Shown here one piece after another: positions 1 through 7,822 of a stretch of DNA of 9,503 bases. The notes under the pieces are model-generated. The model was not told where the DNA came from, did no database searches, and was given only the letters and a program-made list of their open reading frames with translations. This DNA comes from Octopus sinensis (Eukaryota), in the NCBI RefSeq assembly GCF_006345805.1, contig NW_021827913.1, positions 1 through 9,503 of the forward strand. The letters run 5' to 3'. The translations under genes and the position numbers were made by a program. Each line of letters starts with the position of its first letter. Position 1 is the stretch's first letter.

Positions 1-76
1 TCACGCGCGCGCACACACTCACTCGCGCGCACACACACACACACTCGCACACGCACGCACATATACATACACACCC
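1..76. repeat. (CA)n/(CG)n alternating purine-pyrimidine microsatellite
   Basis: cacgcgcgcgcacacac...cacacacacacac read directly from the sequence. Confidence 0.9.
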
Positions 77-149
77 ATTTACAAATGTTGTATACGCATT
101 TAAACACAACCTCCCGCTAACAAAGACAACATAACGAATGTTGTTCTTG

Positions 150-250
150 TGGCGATTGTGATGTTTGTGTTGGATGTTGTAGTCGCAGTAGTAGCGGTGA
201 TGGTGATGTTGGTGGTGGTGGTGGTGATGGTCGTAGTGGTCGTCGTCGCC
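150..250. repeat. Degenerate (GGT)n/(GTN)n trinucleotide low-complexity tract
   Basis: gtggtggtggtggtggtgatggtcgtagtggtcgtcgtc. Confidence 0.8.
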
Positions 251-290
251 ATCGTTGCGTTGGTCTCGTTGTATTTATAAGTTTTGTTAA

Positions 291-515
291 GGCAGCGACC
301 TGACGGGAACCTTTAGCACCCGGGGCAAAATGCGTTGCGCCATTTCGTCAGTCCGTCTTTACGTTCCGAGTTCAAATTCCGCTGAGGTCGATCGATTTTG
401 CTTTTCATACTTTCGGAATTGATAAAAAGAATACTACCAGTCGGACATTGGGGTCGATGTAATTGACTAGCTCTCACCCCCGGTATTGCTGGCCTTGTGC
501 CAGACTTTGAAGCCT
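291..515 (+). mobile_element. tRNA-derived SINE, family A, diverged copy with tail type 1 (ggccttgtgcc)
   Basis: Collinear with the copies at 528 and 7591: degenerate head ggcagcgacctgacgg, B-box gagttcaaattcc, central cttttcatactttcggaattgat...taccag...ggggtcgatgtaattgact. Confidence 0.85.
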
Positions 516-527
516 ATGTCTTATTAA

Positions 528-756
528 GGCGGCGAGCTGGCAGAAACGTTAGCGCGCCGGGCGAAATGCGTAGCCGTATTTCGTCTGCCGTTACGTTCTG
601 AGTTCAAATTCCGCCGAGGTCGACTTTGACTTTCATCCTTTCGGGGTCGATTAAATAAGTACCAGTTACGCACTGGGGTCGATGTAATCGACTTAATCTG
701 TTTGTCTGTCCTTGTTTGTCCCCTCTGTGTTTAGCCCCTTGTGGGTAGTAAAGAGA
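528..756 (+). mobile_element. tRNA-derived SINE, family A, full length, tail type 2
   Basis: A-box-like tggcagaaacgttag, B-box gagttcaaattcc (600-612), central tttcatcctttcggggtcgat...aagtaccag; about 18 substitutions and no indels versus 7593-7821 by eye. Confidence 0.93.
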
Positions 757-757
757 T

Positions 758-991
758 GAAAATCGTTAGCACAGCAACATTTCTTGCAGATCTTCACGTT
801 CTGAGTTCAAATTCCGCCGAGGTTGATCGACTTCGCCTTTCATACTTTCGGAGTTGATAAAAAGAGAAAAAAAAGTACCAGTCGGAGTTCGGGGCCGATA
901 AAATAAGAAGTTGAGTAATGAGGTCCGATGTAAATCAACTTCGCCCCCTCTATCAAAATTTCACACCTCGTGCCTAGACGAGAAAGAATTA
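758..991 (+). mobile_element. tRNA-derived SINE, family A, 5'-truncated diverged copy, tail type 1
   Basis: Starts at aatcgttagcac; B-box gagttcaaattcc; central gcctttcatactttcggagttgat; ends cctcgtgcctagacgagaaagaatta. Confidence 0.85.
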
Positions 992-1361
992 GTCATTTGA
1001 CTGGCGCCATGCTGGAGCAGCCGCGTTAAAGAGTTTTAGTCGAAGAAATCGACTCTTTGTAAGCCTAGTACTTATTTTATCGATGTCTTTTGCAGAACTG
1101 CTAGCTTACGGAGACGTAAACACACCAACATCGGTTGTCAAGCGATGGTGGGGGGACAAACACTGACACAAAGACACATATGTAAATATATATTCATATA
1201 TATATACAACGGACTTCTTTCAGTTTCCGTCTACCAAATCCACTTACAATGCTTTAGACGGCCCGAGGCAATGGTAGAACACACTTACCCAAGGTGCCAC
1301 GCAGTGGCCTTGAACTCGGAACCATGTGGTTGGGAAGCAAGCTTCTTAACCACACAGTCAC
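992..1361 (-). mobile_element. tRNA-derived SINE, family B (CORE-like central segment, internal TA/TG microsatellite)
   Basis: Reverse complement is collinear with 3216-3552 and 3618-4007: tgtgtggttaagaagcttgcttcccaaccacatggttccgagttcaag...ggcaccttgggtaagtgtgttctac...ggatttggtagacggaaactgaaagaagtccg...cgcttgacaaccgatgttggtgtgtttacgtc...ccagcatggcgccagtcaaatgac. Confidence 0.9.
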
Positions 1362-1470
1362 AATTATTACATTCATCAAGAATATAACATAGGCGTCACG
1401 AAAATAATATAATTTAATTATCGAGATCGTTTTAATTGAATACCCCCACTCCATATTATGCCTAAGTCAA

Positions 1471-1503
1471 AAAGTGTTATAGTTTATGAAAGTGTTATAG
1501 TTT
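1471..1503. repeat. 15-bp direct tandem duplication aaagtgttatagttt
   Basis: Identical 15-mers at 1471-1485 and 1489-1503. Confidence 0.8.
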
Positions 1504-1517
1504 CAATTAATGTTGGA

Positions 1518-1766
1518 ACTAGGCCACGCACCTTCACTAAAGAGCCGGAGCAAATATATCACCATGATTGAACCTTTGGGATCACTGAACCCCACTGAAC
1601 GAGACACCAGCCCATCGCAGGGTTACTAGTTAAAAGCTGAGAGGACTGTAGAAATGTGAAATGAAGTGTCTTGCTCAAGAACATAACACATCGCCTGGTC
1701 TGCGAATCGAAACGACGGTCTTGCGATCGTGAGCGCAGTGCCCTAACCTCCAGGTCAAGCGCCTTC
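1518..1766 (-). mobile_element. tRNA-derived SINE, family C, second unit of a tandem array (1766 to about 1590), followed by spacer and a third head stub (1536-1518)
   Basis: Minus strand: gaaggcgcttgacctggaggttaggg (A-box region), gtttcgattc (B-box), CORE-like ttgagcaagacactt, ccctgcgatgggctgg; then spacer and gaaggtgcgtggcctagt. Confidence 0.8.
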
Positions 1767-2057
1767 ACTAAAGATCCGAAACAAGTACCTCATCATCATC
1801 ATGATGGTACCTTGGACATTACTGTCTCGAGTGTTAGAACTCTTAGAGCCGGTTACTCGATTTCCAAGACGTTTAAAATGAGTGGAATAATTTCCTCCCT
1901 GAACGAGATACCAGACCATTGCAGGGTTTACTAGTTTAACACTAAGCGGACCGTAGAAATGTGAAATGAAGAACACAACACATCGCCCGGTCTGCGAATC
2001 GAAACAACAACTTTGCGATCGTGTGTGCAACACGCTAACCTTTTGGCCACGTGCCTT
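1767..2057 (-). mobile_element. tRNA-derived SINE, family C, first unit of the tandem array plus spacer
   Basis: Minus strand: aaggcacgtggccaaaaggttagcg...gtttcgattcgcagaccgggcgatgtgttgtgttcttcatttcacatttctac...ccctgcaatggtctggtatctcgttcag, closely matching the unit at 1766-1590. Confidence 0.8.
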
Positions 2058-2150
2058 TGCCCAAAATGTTGAACCACACAAAATTGGTGTGCCTCAGTTT
2101 TTATACTGTTTCTTTGCTTGATTATTTATTTACTAATTTATCATCATATA

Positions 2151-2352
2151 CAGGGTTCGATCCGACAGAAAGGTAGCTTGTGTGAATCTCGTGTCGGTCC
2201 GAGCTTTGTGAGTGAAATTGGGTAAACGGAAACGACGAAAAAGCCCGCTGGGTGGATTGTAACTGTAATTGCAACTGCCTTGTCAAGAATACTCAGACAT
2301 TTGTTCGATGATCCAATGAGCAGAGTGTACCGTGGATAGAAAAGATAAGTAC
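2151..2352 (+). mobile_element. Highly diverged SINE related to family B
   Basis: gggttcgatcc (B-box); gctttgtgagtgaaattgggtaaacggaaacgacgaaaaagcccg resembles family B ccttgtgagtcgatttggaagacgggaactgaaagcccg; gatagaaaagataagtact resembles gatagaataagtact. Confidence 0.55.
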
Positions 2353-2387
2353 TCATCTTCGAGTACGACGGAGGATCTGTCATTTCT

Positions 2388-2792
2388 GCGCGCGCACGCG
2401 CGTGTGTGTATGTGTACTCGTATGTATGTTTGTGTGTGTGTACATATATGTACATGCATATGCATGTAAGTATCTATCTATGTATGCGTGCGTCTGTCCG
2501 CCTGTATTATGTACATATGTATATGGGTGTATACATACATACATAAATGTATATATATATATAAATATATATATATTAAATGTGTGTGGATGGGTACATA
2601 TATAGCTTGTATATGTATAAAGTTGCTTATATAATAAAAGAATGTATACGTACATATATTTATGTATGCGCATGTGCGTGTGTCTGTGATATTTATATTT
2701 ATACACACACACATACACACACACATATATATATATACGCTTATATATAGAGACACATGAATAAGATATACATGCGTGTGTGTGAATGCATG
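2388..2792. repeat. Imperfect (TA)/(TG)/(CA) low-complexity tract
   Basis: About 400 bp of almost continuous alternating purine-pyrimidine dinucleotides. Confidence 0.85.
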
Positions 2793-2824
2793 TAGAAAAC
2801 TTAAGGGGGTTAAATATCAGCCGT

Positions 2825-2840
2825 ATCATTATCATCATCA

Positions 2841-2936
<96 letters not shown>
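2825..2936. repeat. Compound microsatellite (ATC)n(ATT)n(ACT)n
   Basis: Read directly; source of the poly-I/T/Y/V ORFs in the track. Confidence 0.97.
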
Positions 2937-3215
2937 TTTTTATTCTACACGTCATTACAGTCCCTTGTCTCGTATTTAACATTTCAACTGATGAGTTAGT
3001 ATCTAACCTCCTGCATACCTGAATATTGACCTAGTGGCCCCTTTTTATAACCTCTTTCTGGGGAATACTGCATATCTGTATTCCCACACAAAACGCTGAG
3101 TGCGTTGCGCATGCGCGTGATGCGTGTGTTGTTGTGCGCATGTATTGGCATACATATATACATACATACATCATACATATATATATATACACATATATAT
3201 ACTTATATATATATA

Positions 3216-3552
3216 GGCGCAAGAGTGGGTGTGTGGATGTAACTTGCTTACCAACCACATGGTTCCGGGTTCATTCCAACTGTGTGGCACCTTGGGCAAG
3301 TGTCTTCTACAGTATAGTCTCAGGCCGACCAAATCCTTGTGAGTCGATTTGGAAGACGGGAACTGAAAGCCCGCCGTATATATGTATATATATATGTATG
3401 TGTGTGTATATGTTTGTGTGGCGTGTTTACGTCCCCGTAACTTAGCGGTTCGGCAAAAGAGACCGATAGAATAAGTACTAGGCTTCCAAAGAATAGGTCC
3501 GGGAGTTTATTTGCTCGACTAAAGGTGGAGCTACAGCAAGTAAAAGAGAAAA
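3216..3552 (+). mobile_element. tRNA-derived SINE, family B, with two internal deletions
   Basis: Head ggcgcaagagtgggtgtgtgg, B-box ggttcattcc, CORE-like accttgggcaagtgtcttctac, internal (TA/TG)n, 3' end caagtaaaagag; lacks the cccc..cgcttgacaaccgatg and tggccgca..aatgaatgaaa segments seen in 3618-4007. Confidence 0.9.
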
Positions 3553-3617
3553 GAGAGAGAATATATATATATAATATATATATAATATGATATATATATA
3601 TCTATATATATATATAT

Positions 3618-4005
3618 GGCAGCAGGCTTGGGTGTGTGGTAAGACGCTTGCTTTCCAACAAATGGCTCCGGTTCAGTCCCACTGCGTCGCCTTGGCAAGT
3701 GCCTTCGACTTTAGCCTCGGGTACCAAAGATTTTTGAATGGATTTGGTAGGCGGAAACTGAAAGAAGCCTGTCGTATATATATGTACATGTATATATTTA
3801 TCTGTGTGTGTCTTTGTGTCAATGTTTGTCCCCCACCCCTATTATCGCTTGACAACCGATGTTGGTGTATTTACATCCCCGTAAAATAAGGACTAGGCTT
3901 ACAAAGAATAAGTCTTGGGGGTCGATTTGTTTGACTAAAACCCTTTAAAGCGCAGCCTCCAGCATGGCCGCATTCAAATGAATGAAACAAGTAAAAGAAT
4001 AGAAG

Positions 4006-4007
<2 letters not shown>
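3618..4007 (+). mobile_element. tRNA-derived SINE, family B, near full length
   Basis: Head ggcagcaggcttgggtgtgtggtaag, B-box ggttcagtccc, ccttggcaagtgccttc, internal microsatellite, cgcttgacaaccgatgttggtg, ggggtcgatttg, ccagcatggccgcattcaaatgaatgaaacaagtaaaag. Confidence 0.9.
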
Positions 4008-4037
<30 letters not shown>

Positions 4038-4120
4038 ACCAATAGCATATCAAGCAGTGATGCAGCACGACGGTTTCAAGCAAATATATGTATATATTTG
4101 TGTGCGTGCGTGTGTATGTG

Positions 4121-4184
4121 TGTGTTAGTGTTCGTCCACCCCCGTCATCGCTTGACAGCCAATGCTGGTGTGTTTACACCCCGT

Positions 4185-4187
<3 letters not shown>
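4121..4187 (+). mobile_element. Family B SINE internal fragment
   Basis: gtgttcgtccacccccgtcatcgcttgacagccaatgctggtgtgtttacaccccgtaac matches the post-microsatellite segment of family B. Confidence 0.8.

Positions 4188-4262
<75 letters not shown>
4188..4262. repeat. (TA)n microsatellite
   Basis: Near-perfect TA run of about 75 bp. Confidence 0.97.
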
Positions 4263-4272
4263 CTATATCTAT

Positions 4273-4296
4273 GGAACAGGCGTGGCTATGTGGTAA
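4273..4296 (+). mobile_element. Family B SINE head stub
   Basis: ggaacaggcgtggctatgtggtaa resembles the heads at 3216 and 3618. Confidence 0.55.
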
Positions 4297-4321
4297 TATA
4301 AATATATATATATAATACATT

Positions 4322-4520
4322 TTTCAAAATGTAACCACATGTGAATCGTTGGCGATTTTTTTCCTCCGTCTTCCTTTTCTCTTGGACTTTCCTCTGTCTC
4401 CTGTTCCTGATGAAGAGCTTTGCTCGAAACGTAAAACCACCTTTCTTTCTTACCCTGAGCGTCTGCTAATACTTACATGAACCACGTCCGCGCGTTGTCT
4501 TTTGTGTTTGTTCTTTTGGG
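4322..4520 (+). mobile_element. Probable Penelope-like element terminal-repeat (or retrozyme-type) fragment
   Basis: Pyrimidine-rich non-microsatellite island between (TA)n tracts carrying ctgatgaagagctttgctcgaaacgt, a motif typical of Penelope-like element termini; boundaries approximate. Confidence 0.5.
4403..4437 (+). ncRNA. Minimal type-I hammerhead ribozyme motif (probably decayed)
   Basis: CTGATGA (4407-4413), extra A, stem II GAGC/GCTC with TTT loop (4415-4425), GAAA (4426-4429), palindromic ACGT in place of stem III, GUA cleavage triplet (4431-4433), stem I GTTC/AAAC with 3 of 4 pairs. Confidence 0.65.
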
Positions 4521-4539
4521 TGGGGGCGGATTTACTACA

Positions 4540-4558
4540 TATAATATATGTGTGTGGG

Positions 4559-4600
<42 letters not shown>

Positions 4601-4622
4601 CACACACACATACATATATAGC
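4540..4622. repeat. (TA)n/(CA)n low-complexity tract
   Basis: Read directly. Confidence 0.85.
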
Positions 4623-4891
4623 TGTGTCTTTATGTCTACTTCTAGATGTAGTTGCCTGTATTACATACGTATGTCTTTACGTATCAAGGCATATTTCATC
4701 ACATGAGTGCGGTTAAGATTTCCTTTACAGCGGACTTCTGAATGATTAGACAATCGCATTTAACTTCAAAAACTCCGAGTAATGACCGCGTTAGTCACAA
4801 ATTGACCACATTCGCACCAATAAATTCTACATATTATATTTGGGTGTATATTTTCTTCGTTTATAGACGCACATACACACATACGTACACA

Positions 4892-4894
<3 letters not shown>

Positions 4895-4959
<65 letters not shown>

Positions 4960-5020
4960 CATACATATATATGTGTGTGTATATACATGTATATATATAT
5001 ATACACATACATATATATAC
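4895..5020. repeat. Compound (AT)n(GT)n microsatellite with imperfect flank
   Basis: (AT) run about 4895-4928 followed by (TG) run to about 4956. Confidence 0.95.
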
Positions 5021-5082
5021 TTTTTAAAGGTACATTAATATATTTAGATTTATATATATAAATATATATACATAAATGTATG

Positions 5083-5097
<15 letters not shown>

Positions 5098-5116
<19 letters not shown>

Positions 5117-5177
5117 TAGAGAGAGAGAGAGGGAGAGAGAGAGGGAGAGAGACAGATAGACAGACAGACAGACAGAC

Positions 5178-5250
<73 letters not shown>
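5098..5250. repeat. Compound (GA)n(GACA)n(GATA)n microsatellite
   Basis: Read directly; source of the SIYL/SLSL repeat ORFs. Confidence 0.97.
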
Positions 5251-5336
5251 TACATATACTGCGCAATCTTGCACATTTTTGTATGTGTATGATATATTTT
5301 GTACGTATGGTGTGTGTATGCGTACAGTGAATAGTT

Positions 5337-5374
<38 letters not shown>

Positions 5375-5402
5375 TGAGAGTGAGTGAGTGAGTGAGTGAG
5401 AG
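5337..5402. repeat. Compound (TG)n(AG)n(GAGT)n microsatellite
   Basis: Read directly. Confidence 0.93.
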
Positions 5403-5544
5403 AGAAGGAGAGGGAGTTACGTGTGACCAAAATGTTAACCTTCAACTGGAGTATGGTTTTAGTGATGTGAAATGGGGTGGGGGATGTAATTAAAGGCCCC
5501 CAGGGTCAATTGTGTAACATTATTAACGTGTGCATGTTATGGGC

Positions 5545-5747
5545 TGGGTGACGTTAGTGGCTGGCGGTAAAGGTGGTGGTGGAGAGGGTAGACTGTTGGT
5601 GACTTGGAGGGGTTTGTTGGCGGTGGTGGCTCGGTGGTTTATGGTGGTGTGGGTGGTGACGACGAGACGGGGACAGTTGGGTGGTAGATGGGTCACAGAT
5701 TGTGGTGTATAGTCGTGGGAGCTGGGTAGTGGTAGTTATCATGATGT

Positions 5748-5797
<50 letters not shown>

Positions 5798-5900
5798 GGT
5801 GGTGGTGGTGGTGATTGAAAGGGGTGGTTAGTTTTTAGATGGATTGTGGATGGCGGTGGTTGGTGGTGGTAACTGCCATATGGAAGCTGGGTGGTAAGCT
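5545..5900. repeat. G/T-skewed low-complexity region with a (GTT)n(GGT)n core at about 5749-5814
   Basis: Many GGT/GTT triplets and very few C on the plus strand. Confidence 0.85.
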
Positions 5901-6211
5901 ATATGAGATCGAGTGGTGGCTGTTTTAGAAGGGTAGGCGTTGCCGGTCAATAAATTATGAGTAGTAGGGACCTTAATTAAATAACACCAATACAAACATA
6001 TCTGAAACCTTATTTCTTCTTCTCCTCCCTTCCAGCTCCTCTTTTCATCCCCCTTTTTTTTCAAGCCCATTGTTTTATTAAACCCATGTGTTATAAATAA
6101 GTGATGTCCGTTATCTCATACTCAGTGTAAAATGTGGATAGACTGGCGGTGGGGTGCACATTTATCTATTTGTTTACTTCAGTATCCTAATTTGATGTAG
6201 GATGGGGAATG

Positions 6212-6450
6212 GGTAGGACCAGTAGAATCGTTAGCGATATTTAGTTGCGTTCAAATGCTGCTAAGACCGATAAAATAAAGTATCAAGCAAGTTCTGGGGT
6301 CGATATAAGGACTAACCTGTGCCCAGAATAATTGCTCTTTTGCCTTGCCTTGCCTTTCATTCTTTCGGGGATCGATAAAATAAGTACTAGTTTCACACTG
6401 GAGTCAATGAAATCGACTAGTCTCCTACTCACGAAATTTTAGGCCTCGTA
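6212..6450 (+). mobile_element. Old, rearranged family A SINE (two partial segments)
   Basis: agtagaatcgttagc head, gttcaaat, gaccgataaaataaagta..ctggggtcgat; then gcctttcattctttcggggatcgataaaataagtactagtttcacactggagtcaatgaaatcgact...aaattttaggcctcgt (tail type 1). Confidence 0.75.
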
Positions 6451-6559
6451 TATGATAACACTTCCAGTCAGTTAAGATCAGAAGCCATGACAGCCAATAT
6501 TAGGTATTGCATCAGGGCTTTAATATTATTTTAACAAAGGCTTTATGTTCTGAATTCAA

Positions 6560-6602
6560 CCATAAGGATAAAGAGTAAAGTCGACTTCGGTAGCATTAGA
6601 AC
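6560..6602 (-). mobile_element. Family A SINE short fragment (B-box plus start of central domain)
   Basis: Minus strand gttctaatgctaccgaagtcgactttactctttatcc resembles gttcaaattccgccgaggtcgactttgcctttcatcc. Confidence 0.55.
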
Positions 6603-6613
6603 CCCCCTTTCAT

Positions 6614-6634
6614 ATGATGATGATGATGATGATG

Positions 6635-6693
<59 letters not shown>
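6614..6693. repeat. Compound (GAT)n(AAT)n microsatellite
   Basis: Read directly. Confidence 0.97.
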
Positions 6694-6695
<2 letters not shown>

Positions 6696-7035
6696 TTCTT
6701 TCTTTATTGGGCACGAGGGCCACGAAGGACATATAATGATGATAATAAACATATTTAAAATGTAAGTAAAATAGTTTATCACAGCAAAAATGAAAAGTGA
6801 TGAGGTTTTTTTTTAAAGAAAAATTTGTTGCTTTTGCATAAAAAAAAGCAACAGCTTAGAAAAGAAAAAGTGGATAGGAATTAAAAGAGGAAAAAATTAT
6901 GTCTAACCAATTTATTCTTTGTTGCTTTGGGAGGGTCTTTTCATAAGCCTACATAATAATTCTTCCTTCCCTCACCGAACATACGAAATTAATAAGTAAA
7001 CAGAAGGTCTTAAGAACAACCTTGAAGACATCAAA

Positions 7036-7086
7036 AACAACAACAACAACGATAACAATAATAGTAATAGTAATAATAATAAATAA
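7036..7086. repeat. Imperfect (AAC)n/(AAT)n tract
   Basis: aacaacaacaacgataacaataatagtaatagtaataataat. Confidence 0.8.
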
Positions 7087-7590
7087 CATTGTACATTGTT
7101 ATTAGAGTTCTAAGATGGAATACTTATTTTGACGACTGTTTACGCCATTAAGAGAAATTATTTGCTCAACGGATATGCTTGTGTTTATATTTAAAGCGAA
7201 TAGAATTGTTCAGCTTGTTCCCAGCGAACAATTAACGGTGGTGGGCGAAGAAGGAATCTCCTAGTAGCATAACATTGTGATGTCATTACAATTACCATTG
7301 TTTTCAAATTCTTCCTTCTTTTTTCTTTTTGGTTAATATTTGTTTGTTATTATATGTTTCAAGTTAAGTCTGAGGAAGTAGAGCCGCTTCCATGAATACA
7401 TAAGTCTATTTAAAGGCCTTCCCCATGTTGCCTGCACTCATTGGGAAGTGAAGCTAAGCATGGTGTAAAGTAAGCATGGGTAACGTTTTTCGACATGTGG
7501 GCCGCATGAGACATGAATCGTCATTATCATCATCATCATCTTCTTCATCATCAGGCGGGGCACACTAGTAAAAGATATTATTCAAGGTAA

Positions 7591-7822
7591 AAGGCGGCGA
7601 GCTGGCAGAAACGTTAGCACACCGGGCGAAATGCTTAGCGGTATTGCGTCTGTCGTTGCGTTCTGAGTTCAAATTCCGCCGAGGTCGACTTTGCCTTTCA
7701 TCCTTTCGGGGTCGATAAATTAAGTACCAGTTACGCACTGGGGTCGATGTAATCGACTTAATCCGTTTGTGTGTCCTTGTTTATCCCCTCTATGTTTAGC
7801 CCCTCGTGGGCAATAAAGAAAC
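7591..7822 (+). mobile_element. Full-length family A SINE (tail type 2) with an 18-bp target-site duplication
   Basis: Head aaggcggcgagctggcagaaacgttag, B-box gagttcaaattcc (7665-7677); flanked by identical agatattattcaaggtaa at 7573-7590 and 7823-7840. Confidence 0.95.

Noticed and set aside
528-612. SINE heads as possible tRNA genes
   Set aside because: They have A/B-box-like motifs but no complete cloverleaf, and they continue into repeated SINE bodies.
1145-2081. ORFs of 66-108 aa over the SINE region
   Set aside because: They lie within family B and C SINEs; the similar peptides at 1145-1387, 3587-3889 and 3978-4235 only reflect the shared repeat.
2088-2100. tgtgcctcagttt, matching the CORE-SINE/MIR core motif
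   Set aside because: Only 13 bp, with no flanking similarity to extend it.
2988-3007. CTGATGA followed by a perfect 5-bp hairpin GTTAG-tat-CTAAC, resembling half a hammerhead
   Set aside because: The required GAAA after stem II is absent (next bases are ctcc) and there is no stem I or III partner; likely chance.
3061-3085. 8-bp inverted repeat GGGAATAC...GTATTCCC
   Set aside because: A few 8-bp stems with short loops are expected by chance in 9.5 kb; no supporting context.
2380-3445. Long ORFs in the track (200 aa at 2380-2982, poly-Y, poly-I/T, YIYI types)
   Set aside because: They are translations of microsatellites and low-complexity tracts that lack stop codons by composition; no domain signal.
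4742-5445. ORFs of 80-149 aa with SIYL/SLSL/HTHT repeats
   Set aside because: They are read-throughs of (GATA)n, (GA)n and (CA)n repeats.
7555-7586. Possible 32-nt plus-strand micro-exon (catcag/GCGGGG...TCAAG/gtaa)
   Set aside because: It is isolated, has no partner exon or recognisable peptide, and conflicts with the equally speculative minus-strand model; such sites are common by chance.
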